Of a DNA stretch of 40,000 bases, positions 9,862-19,568 are shown piece after piece (position 1 is the first letter of the stretch; every line of letters starts with the position of its first letter). Source of the stretch: an uncultured Bacteroidota bacterium (GTDB taxonomy: Bacteria > Bacteroidota > Ignavibacteria > UBA10030); contig CAVUAC010000051.1 of assembly GCA_963739335.1 (NCBI GenBank), positions 99,500-139,499 on the forward strand. Direction: 5' to 3'. A model generated the notes under the pieces. That model saw only the letters and a program-made list of their open reading frames with translations, was not told where the DNA came from and made no database searches. The translations under genes were made by a program, and so were the position numbers.

Positions 9862-12204
9862 GTGAAGAAAATCGTCGAAGAGACAAGCAAGCTCAGTTGC
9901 CCAAAGGGATCACGGCTCGATATCTCCAACGACCAGTCAAGGTTCGTTACACGGATGGTCAAGGAATTGGAGAACAGCGTTCTCACTGGTATGTTCCTCG
10001 TCGTCATGTCGTTGTTCATGTTCTTCGGATTCAAGAATTCGCTTCTTATTTCGACTGCGATTCCGTTGTCGATGTTTGTCGGTTTTATCGTCCTCTCCAC
10101 CCTGGGCATCACGCTGAACATGGTCGTCCTTTTCTCCTTGGTGCTGGTCCTCGGCATCCTCGTTGACGACGCCATCGTCGTGATCGAAAACACCTATCGA
10201 CACCAGCAGGAATATGGCGAAAGTCCGGGCAAGGCGGCGAAACTGGCAGCGGGAGAAGTTTTTGTGCCGGTCTTAACGTCAACGGTAACAACGCTCTCGG
10301 CGTTTCTCCCCCTGGCATTCTGGCCTGGGATCGTCGGCGACTTCATGAAATATTTTCCATTCACACTCATCATTACGCTAACTGCCTCGTTGTTCGTGGC
10401 CTACGTCATAAGCCCAGTCCAGGCAGCACGTTGGATCAATTACAAGCGAGACATACGCAAAGCAAAGCAGAATCTTGAACACCCCCACTGGTACAAGAAA
10501 TACAATCCCTTCACCATCCTGTACCACAAGGTGGACGAGATAGCGTTCCCATGGCTTCAGCGTGAATACGTCAGAACCCTCAAATGGACACTGGAGCACA
10601 AATCGTTCACCATGAGTGCTTCCTTCGGTTTGCTGCTATTCATCATGGTCCTCTTCGGCCTGTTCAACAAAGGTGTCGACTTCTTCCCGAACACACAGCC
10701 GTCGCAAGTGAGCGTCACCGTCGAGACGCCCTCAGGAACATCGCTCGATGTCACGAATGGTATCTCGCAGGTCCTGGAAGAACGCCTGGATCAGATTCCC
10801 GGGCGGAAGGATGTCGAGTTCATCGCGAGCAGCATCGGAACTTCAGAGGACCCGTTTGACTTCGGCGGCCAAGGCACTTCCAACAAGGGCCGGATCGCCA
10901 TCAATTTCTACGAAAAGAAGCTGCGCAGTCAGAATACGTTTGCTATACTCGAAGAGATCCGCAAGACAACTGTGGGGATCGCCGGCGCTGATCTGCGAGT
11001 CGCGAAGCAGCAGATGGGGCCCCCCGTCGGAGCGCCCGTCAGCGTTGAGGTTTCTGGTGAAGACTACGATCAGCTGGAATCTCTGAGCAAGATTGTGCGT
11101 GAGAAAATCAAAGATGTACGCGGCCTCGTCGACCTTAAAGATGATTATAATATCGGGCGACCGGAGGTTGAGATCAGGATCGACCGCGAGAAGGCCGGCA
11201 TGTACTACACCACGACAGGACAAATTGCTTCGACAGTTCGTGCGGCGATTGCCGGTGTCGACGCATCAAAGTACCGCGTCGGCGAGGATCAGTACAACAT
11301 CCGTGTGCGACTGAAGGAAGATCAACGCACGTCGCCTGCAGATCTCGAGAATCTCCGGATCACGTTCATGAACCGTCGCGGACAATTGCTGTCCATTCCG
11401 CTCACATCTGTTGCCGACCTGAAGCGAACAACGGCCGTGACCGATATTCGACGCAAAGATCAAAAGCGCGTGATTACCGTGTCAGGCGAGGTGGAAGGCC
11501 GGGTACAATCGGAGGTCATCAATGACGTGAAAGCACGCCTTGCCGGAGTGAGCCTTCCAGCCGGTTATGGCATCAAACTCACCGGCTCGCAGGAAGAACA
11601 GCAAAAAGCAACCAGCTTCCTCGGCAGCGCATTCGTCATCACGCTGTTGTTGGTCTTCTTGATCATGGTCGCAGAATTCAATTCGCTGAGAGTTCCCTTC
11701 GTGATCTTGATCTCGGTCATTCTTTCACTCATTGGCGTGATGCTTGGATTGGTGGTCACACGCACACCGGCAAGCGTAATCATGACGGGTGTTGGTGTCG
11801 TCGCACTTGCAGGCATTGTTGTACGCAACGGCATCGTGTTGCTCGATTTCGTGAAGCATAAACATGATGAGGGTGGACTTTCTCTCGAAGATGCTCTGCT
11901 CGAGGCCGGACGGATTCGTCTTCGGCCGGTACTCCTGACAGCGGCTGCTACCGTGCTCGGTGTGCTGCCGATGGCGACAGGAATCGACTTTGATTGGCGC
12001 GAGTTCCACTTTGTGATTGGTGCAGAGAGCGCTGAGTTTTGGCGACCACTGGCAGTGACCATCATCTTCGGTCTCACCATTTCGACATTCCTGACGCTGG
12101 TAATCGTACCAACGGTATATTCGTTGCTGGAAGATTGGTCAAACAAGATGTCGGATTTCTTCAAGCGTTCTGGGAACCCTGGAGAGGAAACAAGATCAGC
12201 TTAG
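9862..12204 (+). CDS. RND efflux permease (AcrB/HAE1-like), uninterrupted C-terminal 780 codons of the same gene
   Basis: Long multi-TM ORF with RND hallmarks (GIVVDDAIVVIEN, LAFWPGIVGDF, second TM bundle LVFLIMVAEFNSLRVPFVILISV..., GIVVRNGIVLLDF). Confidence 0.9.
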   Translation: MKKIVEETSKLSCPKGSRLDISNDQSRFVTRMVKELENSVLTGMFLVVMSLFMFFGFKNSLLISTAIPLSMFVGFIVLSTLGITLNMVVLFSLVLVLGILVDDAIVVIENTYRHQQEYGESPGKAAKLAAGEVFVPVLTSTVTTLSAFLPLAFWPGIVGDFMKYFPFTLIITLTASLFVAYVISPVQAARWINYKRDIRKAKQNLEHPHWYKKYNPFTILYHKVDEIAFPWLQREYVRTLKWTLEHKSFTMSASFGLLLFIMVLFGLFNKGVDFFPNTQPSQVSVTVETPSGTSLDVTNGISQVLEERLDQIPGRKDVEFIASSIGTSEDPFDFGGQGTSNKGRIAINFYEKKLRSQNTFAILEEIRKTTVGIAGADLRVAKQQMGPPVGAPVSVEVSGEDYDQLESLSKIVREKIKDVRGLVDLKDDYNIGRPEVEIRIDREKAGMYYTTTGQIASTVRAAIAGVDASKYRVGEDQYNIRVRLKEDQRTSPADLENLRITFMNRRGQLLSIPLTSVADLKRTTAVTDIRRKDQKRVITVSGEVEGRVQSEVINDVKARLAGVSLPAGYGIKLTGSQEEQQKATSFLGSAFVITLLLVFLIMVAEFNSLRVPFVILISVILSLIGVMLGLVVTRTPASVIMTGVGVVALAGIVVRNGIVLLDFVKHKHDEGGLSLEDALLEAGRIRLRPVLLTAAATVLGVLPMATGIDFDWREFHFVIGAESAEFWRPLAVTIIFGLTISTFLTLVIVPTVYSLLEDWSNKMSDFFKRSGNPGEETRSA

Positions 12205-12250
12205 ACAGGCGCTCGCCCGAGCGCACAAACCAGATTTCCCGTATCTAGGA

Positions 12251-12296
12251 AAGGGAGCTCTCTGCAGGATATACAAAGGTATGCAGCTCCCTTTTC
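12251..12296 (+). terminator. Rho-independent-type terminator after the RND gene
   Basis: AAGGGAGCT (12251..12259) pairs with AGCTCCCTT (12285..12293), with an inner CTGCA/TGCAG pairing, followed by a T run. It lies ~45 nt after the stop at 12204. Confidence 0.5.
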
Positions 12297-12479
12297 CCTT
12301 CTCTGGCGCGCAACGGCCTGTGTTTTTTGGCAGATTCACCGGGTCTTTTCGATCGTTACGTCTCAAGGTTCAGCGAGACTAAATGCTGCTTCATTCGTTT
12401 TATCCCTCAGCATTGCACTTATTTGAGTATTTTGACTCAACGCAAATCTCCATTTTGTTTCACGCATTGAGGGAGGAGA

Positions 12480-13334
12480 GTGGACATGCTCATTCAATCC
12501 ATTGTTCGATCTAACGATTCGGCAAATCAATCGCGCCGCCTGCATCTTCTCGTTTCGCTCGTAGTCGCGTTCACTTTGTTCGGCTGCAGCAGCTCAGTAG
12601 AACTTACGAGCGGCTGGAGCGCTCAGGACATCAGGATTGACGGCGATAACGCCGAATGGAAGGATGCCACGACGCGTCTTGCCGGCCCCGATGTCCTTGT
12701 CGGAATCAAAAACGACAACAAGGACCTTTACCTCTGTCTCATTACGTCGAATGTTCAGACCCAGGCGCAGCTGCTTGCTCTTGGAACGACAGTTTGGTTT
12801 GACACGGAAGGGAAAAAGAACAAATCATTCGGCATTCAATTTCCGGTCACTGGGTTGCTTCAGGGCCGACGTTTCAACCAGCGCCCGAACGCAGAGGATT
12901 TGCGTCGCCTCATCGAGGTAGCACAGCGTCAATTGGAGATTGTCGGACCTAGCGGCGAGCATCAACGATTCGCCGACAAGGGATGCAAGGGCATTGACGT
13001 TCATCTCGGTTATGCAGATGGAACACTCACCTATGAACTGAAAGTGCCTCTGCACTCGAGCGCTGACCAGCCGTACGCGATCAACGCTGACCCAACCAAG
13101 TTGCTGGCCATTGGGCTTGAGACAGGAAACCTCGCAGATGCCATGAGGGGAGCATTGAATCCGACGAGCCCGAGTTCAGGACCTGCTGGCGGAGGGCGAA
13201 CGGGCGGGCGCTCCGGAGGCGGAGGCGGAACCGGAGGTGGAGGGGGCTCGGGCCTTGGTGGCGACGCGCCGGAACCGCTCAAACACTGGCTCGTCGTTCA
13301 TCTTGCGGGTGGAAGCATTCCCGGGCAACAATAA
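12480..13334 (+). CDS. hypothetical lipoprotein with Gly-rich C-terminal tract
   Basis: Lipobox LFGCSSS. A globular region is followed by GPAGGGRTGGRSGGGGGTGGGGGSGLGG. No family recognised. Confidence 0.5.
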   Translation: MDMLIQSIVRSNDSANQSRRLHLLVSLVVAFTLFGCSSSVELTSGWSAQDIRIDGDNAEWKDATTRLAGPDVLVGIKNDNKDLYLCLITSNVQTQAQLLALGTTVWFDTEGKKNKSFGIQFPVTGLLQGRRFNQRPNAEDLRRLIEVAQRQLEIVGPSGEHQRFADKGCKGIDVHLGYADGTLTYELKVPLHSSADQPYAINADPTKLLAIGLETGNLADAMRGALNPTSPSSGPAGGGRTGGRSGGGGGTGGGGGSGLGGDAPEPLKHWLVVHLAGGSIPGQQ

Positions 13335-13436
13335 TGTCATGAGGATCGAACTCCCATTAGCGAACGTAGTCTCTTCGCTTGTGAATTCACAACTTCAATT
13401 CACTCTATCTACCAACAATCTGATTGGAGCACATTT

Positions 13437-13829
13437 ATGAAAACAACCACCAGTATCATGCATCGGCTTGTCGTGGTCGCAGCGATGGTATTCGTCGCTG
13501 GGTTGTTACAGCTTGCCTATTCTCAACCGGGCCCTCAGGGGATGAGAATGTCACCACAACAGCGCGCAGACACACTCGGAAAACAACTTGCCCTTGACTC
13601 AGTGACTGTGGCGAAAATCGCGAAGATCTATGAACAATCTGACAAGGAAAGGTCGGATAAGAGGGCTGAACTCCAAGGCGATATGGATGCAATGCGGAGC
13701 GCCATGATGGAAATCCGAGAAAAAACCAACAAGGAAATTGCAGCGTTGTTGACGAAGGAACAAGCAAAGAAGTTCGAAGAGATCGTGAAGCTACAACAAC
13801 AGCGTATGCAGCGGCCGCGCAATAACTGA
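13437..13829 (+). CDS. periplasmic Spy/CpxP-like helical protein (LTXXQ motif)
   Basis: Signal peptide, then a charged helical protein with LTKEQAKKFEE (LTXXQ-type motif) and MSPQQRAD. Confidence 0.55.
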   Translation: MKTTTSIMHRLVVVAAMVFVAGLLQLAYSQPGPQGMRMSPQQRADTLGKQLALDSVTVAKIAKIYEQSDKERSDKRAELQGDMDAMRSAMMEIREKTNKEIAALLTKEQAKKFEEIVKLQQQRMQRPRNN

Positions 13830-14120
13830 GTACAGTTGCAGAGCTTTCTTGCGGGGGCGACAATACAGTCAGCAGACTATCCTGGGCTTGCGTCGCCCCT
13901 TGATGTTTCATCCCCACTCAATACTATTCATCTTCCCACTCTCTAGATCCTCCCGAAGGTGCCTAGCAGTTCGTTCCACACATCGATGATCGTCAGCACA
14001 TTCAGGATAATCGAGGTTCGGTTTAGCTTGTAACTGAACCAAATTGTTCCAAATATTGTAGTGTGTGGACATAGGACCACTCTGGCAACCATCAAGTTCT
14101 CAACAGGAATAGCAGTTCTT

Positions 14121-14930
14121 ATGCAGGACAAGGTCATCCTCATCACAGGCTCGACAGATGGCATCGGGAGGCAGGCCGCATTGGAACTCGCTGCTCTGGG
14201 TTCAACAGTCATTGTCCATGGGCGCGATGCCTCACGAGGCAAAACCGTTGTCGAGGAGATCCAAACGGCCACGGGAAATCAGAAGGTTGATCTCTTTACC
14301 GCTGACCTTTCATCGCAGAAACAGGTGCGCCAGCTCGCCACTGAGGTAACCAGGCGGTACGACCATCTCCACGTCCTCATTAATAATGCCGGCGTCTTCA
14401 TGAATGAGCGGCAAGTAACGGAGGATGGTCTGGAAACGACATTTGCTGTCAACCACCTCGCCCCTTTCCTTCTCACAAATCTTTTGCTCGATCTCTTGAA
14501 GAAAAGCGCCCCATCACGCATTATTACCGTAAGCTCCGTCGTGCACACCCGCGGAAGAATCGACTTCGATAACCTCCAGGCCGAAAAGAAGTTCGGCGGC
14601 TACGACGCTTATGCTCTCTCAAAACTCGCAAACGTGCTGTTCACGTATGAACTCGCTCGTCAGCTGACGGGTTCTGGAGTCACTGCAAATTGCCTGCATC
14701 CCGGTGTCATCGGGACAAAGCTATTGAGGAACGGATTCAATACCTCTGGATCAAGTCCTGCCGACGGCGCCGAAACAATCGTCTACCTTGCGGTCTCCCC
14801 TGAGGTCGAGCAGGTGACCGGAAAGTACTTTCAGGACAAACTCGGCACACCATCGTCCCAGGAGACATACGACCAAGATCTGCGGAAAAAGCTGTGGAGC
14901 ATCAGCGAGAAGCTGACCGGACTCGGTTGA
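14121..14930 (+). CDS. short-chain dehydrogenase/reductase (SDR family oxidoreductase)
   Basis: TGSTDGIGRQAA (TGxxxGxG), NNAG, and the catalytic YALSK (YxxxK). The start is moved to the ATG at 14121 (MQDKVILITG). Confidence 0.88.
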   Translation: MQDKVILITGSTDGIGRQAALELAALGSTVIVHGRDASRGKTVVEEIQTATGNQKVDLFTADLSSQKQVRQLATEVTRRYDHLHVLINNAGVFMNERQVTEDGLETTFAVNHLAPFLLTNLLLDLLKKSAPSRIITVSSVVHTRGRIDFDNLQAEKKFGGYDAYALSKLANVLFTYELARQLTGSGVTANCLHPGVIGTKLLRNGFNTSGSSPADGAETIVYLAVSPEVEQVTGKYFQDKLGTPSSQETYDQDLRKKLWSISEKLTGLG

Positions 14931-14954
14931 CGTCAGTTCGATTTTCTCCTGGAC

Positions 14955-15461
14955 TCAGAAGACCTTCCCTATTGCCACTCCAAACCAGGGGAGTACGTGG
15001 AATCCTCAGCGATCGTTCCCCTCCGAAACGAAGCATCGGTCCCGCTTTGATGTATAAACCATCCTCGCGCGGTCGATAGTCGTATCCGAATCTTATCAAT
15101 CCGAAAACGCCAGTCGTCATTGATCCCTTGTGAAGCAGGGGAAAGTCAATTCCTGCATCGACGAAGAGGCGATGTCTGATGCCAACGGGGTACCAGCTTG
15201 CGAACATCGGAAGGATCGCTAGGCTTGTGTCGCTGCTCCTGCCGACAGTTGGTTGTGTCCCATCCTGAAAGTCCAGATTCGCAGGCAGCACCGAGAGACC
15301 ACAGCTCACACCAAAAGTATCATTCAGGAGATGTCCGTTCCGTAAAAGAGGCCATAGAAAAACCTTTTTCCGCCCGCTTCGATATACATTGCCTCTGTTG
15401 AGGCGATCTTGGATTGACCAAGGATTTGGCGGGCAGTCGCGACACTCAGAACCACAGAGAA
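14955..15461 (-). pseudogene. small outer-membrane beta-barrel-like gene remnant, frameshifted and abutting/truncated by the IS at its 5' end
   Basis: Different minus frames give SVVLSVATARQ...YIEAGGKRFFYGLFYG (signal-like, then a beta strand). They also give FGVSCGLSVLPANLDF...FGLIRFGYDYRPREDGLYIKAGPMLRFGG and a terminal GFHVLPWFGVAIGKVF-stop (aromatic C-terminus typical of OMPs, stop at 14955..14957). No intact start remains next to the IS end. Confidence 0.35.
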
Positions 15462-16612
15462 CTAGTGCCAGTTCCAAAAAATAAGGTTGTACTTCGTTGA
15501 GGCGTTTAGCACATTAGAGGAGCCACAAAAGAGGAGGCCCGACAATGTGCTTGTATGTTCGTACTTTGAAACTGAAGGAAGGCCGGAAGATCCAAGCCAT
15601 CCTGCGCCGTGGAAAGAATCGCACGGCGATACGGCGTGCACAGGTGATCCTGATGTCTGCGCAAGAGATGCGGGTCAAGGGAATAGCATTGCAGACCTAC
15701 TTGCATCCTGAATACGTTCGGCGGCTCATTCGGCGGTTCAATACCGAAGGACTGCAATTGTTTCAAGAGCGTCCTGGCCGTGGTCGTCCCGGCGAGTTCT
15801 CCGAAGAGATCAAGGCCGAGATCGCAGAAATCGCCCAATGTCCACCCTCGTTGTTGCATCAACCGTATAGCCGATGGTCGCTGGAGAAGCTTCAGGTCTA
15901 TCTGATCAAGACAAAGGTTGTATCGAAGATCAGTATAGAGACCTTACGAACAATCCTCAAAGAGCAACGTGTCAGCCACCAGCGAACCAAGACGTGGAAA
16001 GAGTCAAATGACCCAGACTTTGACGTTAAAAAAAACGAGTGACACGGCTGTACCGGAAACGTCCCAAGGGTTCGCGTGTTGTTTGCTTTGACGAATTTGG
16101 CCCGTTTGAACTGCGTCCGCAGTATGGAATGCACTGGGCACAACGGCGGCATCCGCAACGTCTGCCTGCGACCTACACTCGCCTCCACGGGGTCAGGCAC
16201 TTGCTGGCGTTCTTTGATGTCCACCGTGATCAGTTCTGGGGATACTTCTTTCAGCGCAAGCGCTGGCAAGAGACTCTTCGTGCGTTCAAACGCTTACGCA
16301 AACACTATCCCCGACGAGAACGAATCTATCTTATTCTGGATAACTTTTCGCCCCATAAGCGTCCGGAGATACGACGCTGGGTGCGAGAGAACAATGTTCG
16401 CCTCGTCTGGACGCCGACCAACGCTTCATGGCTCAATCGGATCGAATGCCAGTTCACCGAAATCAGGAAGTTCAGTATCGACGACACCTATCACAGGACG
16501 CATCGCCAGCTTCAGCGCGCCGTCCGTAGGTTCATCCGCTACCGCAACAAGCGGCAACGCAGTAAGAAGGCAAAAAAGAAAACGCAACCTTAATTATTAG
16601 ACCCAGTACTAG
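15462..16612 (+). mobile_element. IS630/Tc1-mariner-family insertion sequence (~1.15 kb) with 27-bp imperfect terminal inverted repeats and TA flanks
   Basis: Left end CTAGTGCCAGTTCCAAAAAATAAGGTT (15462..15488) matches the reverse complement of the right end (16586..16612), CTAGTACTGGGTCTAATAATTAAGGTT, at 20/27 positions. TA is present at both junctions (15463-64 and 16610-11), the IS630 target duplication. The size and the DDE transposase fit the family. Confidence 0.8.
15545..16593 (+). CDS. IS630-family DDE transposase in two frames (orfA 15545..16042, orfB frame open from 16030); -1 shift at the A8 run 16028..16035
   Basis: orfA carries HTH/winged-helix domains (RRAQVILMSAQEMRVKGIALQ; RWSLEKLQVYLI...ISIETLRTIL). 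orfB carries the DD(35)E core (VVCFDEFGP ... LILDNFSPHK ... ASWLNRIECQF). The frames overlap on GTT AAA AAA AAC (an A AAA AAC slippery motif). Confidence 0.85.
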
Positions 16613-16710
16613 AATGCTCGTCTGCCATTTGAGACAGATATGGGTGATCGCATGTTGCTCATCCCTGGAAGTCCATGATGCGACTCGCCGACAATATTGA
16701 TGCTCATGCT

Positions 16711-17679
16711 TCAGCTCTCAGTCCCGGTGTAGCGGTCCGCTGGCCTGAGTATTCGCGGCGCCCACTCCGAATGTCCGCCGTCTTCAAAGAAGTCCTGTCG
16801 AAGGTGCTCTTCCATCCGTTGCAGTGCCATCGCGAGCCATTCCTTCGATTCTCTGAACTCTGGAAAGACCACTACAATCTGGGCAAGCGTGTAGGATCCA
16901 TGGCACTGCCAGTTGCCTGAACGATACCCTTCCCATCGTTCCAGCTCATACAGCCACCGCGCCGCGCCAAGGACCGTTTTCAACATTCGCTCATGGGTTT
17001 GCCACGCTCGTGCTTCATAGTGCAGCAGATAGTATTCGATAAACACCCTGTTCCGAGTTCCAAGACCAAGCTCATAGTACACAACATCGAGCTCGGGAAA
17101 TCCCCGCGTAATCGAATTTCGTTGGTTATACCAGCAAGGAAACAACTCGTCGAATTTTGCAGGATATTGCTGCTCGTGCGTGAGCACGTATGCCGCGATG
17201 AGTGGCCTCGACCACCACCAATAGTGAAAGCCATATTTCCCTGATTGGCCGATGGCACAGTTGAAATCGACACTCGCACCGAAATCGATCACAGCATCTC
17301 CCCATGGGCGGATGATGTTCTTCCATATCCATGACGCACTTGCCATGATGGTGTCCGTTTCTTCGCGATGCCGTGCTGCGTACGCCCGGGCTTCATCGTA
17401 TCCTTTCAGCATATGCGTATCGAGCAAGAAACCGACGTTTTGGGTCATGTACTTCGGCTGGACCTTGGCGCTCCAGTACGACGCCCATGCTTGATATGCT
17501 CGGTCAAATTCATTGTGCCGGACAGCGCGTTCGACCTGCTGCAATCCGTTTTGATCCAAACGAAGCGCAAGAAAAAGATCACCGTTGCTGATGTCTTTGA
17601 TCTGATGCTGAAGGTAGTCCGCGTCGTTCAGTCGCGAATGCTCAGCAAACTTGAGCTGGCCGGAAAGTGACCCTATCAT
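16711..17679 (-). CDS. heparinase II/III-like (alginate-lyase superfamily) protein, N-terminal alpha/alpha-toroid part only; probably truncated
   Basis: GNWQCHGSYTLAQIVVVFPEFRESKEWLAMALQRMEEHLRQDFFEDGGHSE matches my recollection of the heparinase II/III N-terminal domain ending (N-H...FPE...DG...E.S..Y). The expected C-terminal beta-sandwich domain is absent, and the ORF stops 100 bp from the IS. The signal-peptide-like KTLLLFILMIGSLSG lacks an in-frame canonical start. Confidence 0.5.
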   Translation of the reverse strand: MIGSLSGQLKFAEHSRLNDADYLQHQIKDISNGDLFLALRLDQNGLQQVERAVRHNEFDRAYQAWASYWSAKVQPKYMTQNVGFLLDTHMLKGYDEARAYAARHREETDTIMASASWIWKNIIRPWGDAVIDFGASVDFNCAIGQSGKYGFHYWWWSRPLIAAYVLTHEQQYPAKFDELFPCWYNQRNSITRGFPELDVVYYELGLGTRNRVFIEYYLLHYEARAWQTHERMLKTVLGAARWLYELERWEGYRSGNWQCHGSYTLAQIVVVFPEFRESKEWLAMALQRMEEHLRQDFFEDGGHSEWAPRILRPADRYTGTES

Positions 17680-17796
17680 CAGAATGAAAAGGAGAAGGGT
17701 TTTCGAGAACGAGAAGGATGTTCTTATTGCGGTCAGACGGTTCGGATGACGAGGGTGAGATTGAGGAAACCTGTTCCTGCCGGGAGGATGCTGCGG

Positions 17797-18684
17797 CTAC
17801 GGGATGACGACTTCCGAGCCTTCCATCGCGCCTATGCACTCTGTCTTTCCACCGTAGAGTTCGACAAGCTGTTTCGCCTCGGTGAGCATTCCGTCCACGA
17901 AGTTGTCATCATGGAGCGGATCATGATGAAACAGGGCGAACGTCCTCACATTAGCTTGAACGGCGAAACGAACGATGGCTTCCAGAGGAGAATGTCCCCA
18001 TCCCTTCTTTTCCTTGTATTCCTCGCTCGTGTATTGCGCTTCGCCGATATAGAGATCAGCTTGAGACAAGAACTCAACGAACTTTTCATCAAGATACGTG
18101 GGGAAGTCTGATGGAGATGTCTCACTTTGACTTTGGGCAAACAGCGTGCTTTGATAGGGCTCATTGTCCGTTGCATACACCACGATTCGGTGACCGTCAG
18201 ACACGCGGTACGCAAGGCACATTGCGGGATGATTCAGATAGAACTGTTTCACTGTGAGATTGCCAATCTTGACTTCCTCGCGCATTTCATGGACTACAAT
18301 GTTGGGGCTCATCGCTCCGAGTTCAACAGGAAAGTAGTCCGAATCCATCTGAATCTTCAGGATCTTGTCCAGAGACTTATCCCGGCCTGGAGGGCCATAG
18401 AGATGGATCGTATTCTGAGGTTCGTACGCGGGAAGAAAGAATGGAAACCCCTGGATGTGATCCCAGTGCGTATGGCTGATAAAGACGTGGATGGTCAGCG
18501 GTTGGGATTTGAATTCCTTGAGGAGATGGTTGCCAAGCTCACGAATTCCCGTTCCTGCATCGAAGACAATGATTTGGTGGCCCGAACGCAGCTCGACGCA
18601 GGAGGTATTCCCTCCATAGCGCATGGTCGATGGCCCGGGAGTAGCAATGGAGCCTCTCGTCCCCCAGAAACGCACTTTCATCAT
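17797..18684 (-). CDS. MBL-fold metallo-hydrolase
   Basis: HTHWDHIQGFPFF (HxHxDH motif) and further His/Asp ligands (GEAQY...HSP...FHHDP). Overlaps the upstream receiver gene by 4 nt. Confidence 0.82.
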   Translation of the reverse strand: MMKVRFWGTRGSIATPGPSTMRYGGNTSCVELRSGHQIIVFDAGTGIRELGNHLLKEFKSQPLTIHVFISHTHWDHIQGFPFFLPAYEPQNTIHLYGPPGRDKSLDKILKIQMDSDYFPVELGAMSPNIVVHEMREEVKIGNLTVKQFYLNHPAMCLAYRVSDGHRIVVYATDNEPYQSTLFAQSQSETSPSDFPTYLDEKFVEFLSQADLYIGEAQYTSEEYKEKKGWGHSPLEAIVRFAVQANVRTFALFHHDPLHDDNFVDGMLTEAKQLVELYGGKTECIGAMEGSEVVIP

Positions 18685-19064
18685 GAGGCATTCGCGCGTT
18701 TGTTCATATGCTCTCGGGCAACCTTCACTATGTCGCTCAACTCAAATGGTTTGACGACGTATGCATCAGCTCCGAGCTCAGTCGCTTTGTCGATGTCCGG
18801 CTTGTAGGATTTTGCTGACATGACGATGATCGTTGTCGATGAGAACCGTATATCCTGACGAAGCATTCGACACACTTCGAAGCCAAGCAGCCGCGGCATC
18901 ATAAGATCAAGGAGAATCAAATCAGGCACCTCTGTGCCCGCTACTTGAACGGCATCTTCGCCGTTATCGGCTTGCAGAACGGTAAATCCTTCTCGTTCAA
19001 AGCCGTTGGCGACTAACCCCCGAAAAAAATCCTCATCATCGACGATGAGTACCTTCGGTTTCAC
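18681..19064 (-). CDS. single-domain response regulator (CheY-like receiver)
   Basis: KVLIVDDEDFF ... DLILLDLMMP ... IIVMSAKS ... GADAYVVKPF; all receiver hallmarks are present. Confidence 0.88.
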   Translation of the reverse strand: MKPKVLIVDDEDFFRGLVANGFEREGFTVLQADNGEDAVQVAGTEVPDLILLDLMMPRLLGFEVCRMLRQDIRFSSTTIIVMSAKSYKPDIDKATELGADAYVVKPFELSDIVKVAREHMNKRANAS

Positions 19065-19568
19065 GGGTTTTCCTACTCCGGGAATTGGCAGCTGAGTTTT
19101 TGAGAAAATAACGGGGGGTGCGTTGTCAGATCACTTCCCGCGTTGCCGGGAAACATATCAATTACTTTGCCGAAAGGCAACTTAAGCGAAGCACTATCCG
19201 GCGATTGTCAACAGTGAGAAGCCCGAAAATACAGCTTGCGGAGACAATTTGTGAGGCCACCCTGTTAAACGAGAGGATCCACTTCTGCATTCGAAATTCA
19301 GCGTTCGGTGTTCGACATTCATCGGGGCGCGATCCAAACGGAACGAGCCTGGGGAATATCCAATAACGAACGCCCAATCATGAATGATGAAGTGGATCGC
19401 CCAGCTGTCGGGGTGAGAGCATTCCCCGCCCGCTTGACCGCAGGCGGTCGGGCGGGGAACCTCCGGTCCCCTGTTCGAAATTGTCCGGCGAGCACGTTCT
19501 TAGCGAGCCGTCGACAATTTCAGAATCCCCGTCTGTTTTTCAGACGGGACGCCCATCACTCAGCATTG

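Noticed and set aside
13140-13270. GC-rich GGN-repeat stretch as a possible repeat element
   Set aside because: It is in frame within ORF 12480..13334 and simply encodes a Gly-rich linker (GGGRTGGRSGGGGGTGGGGGSGLGG).
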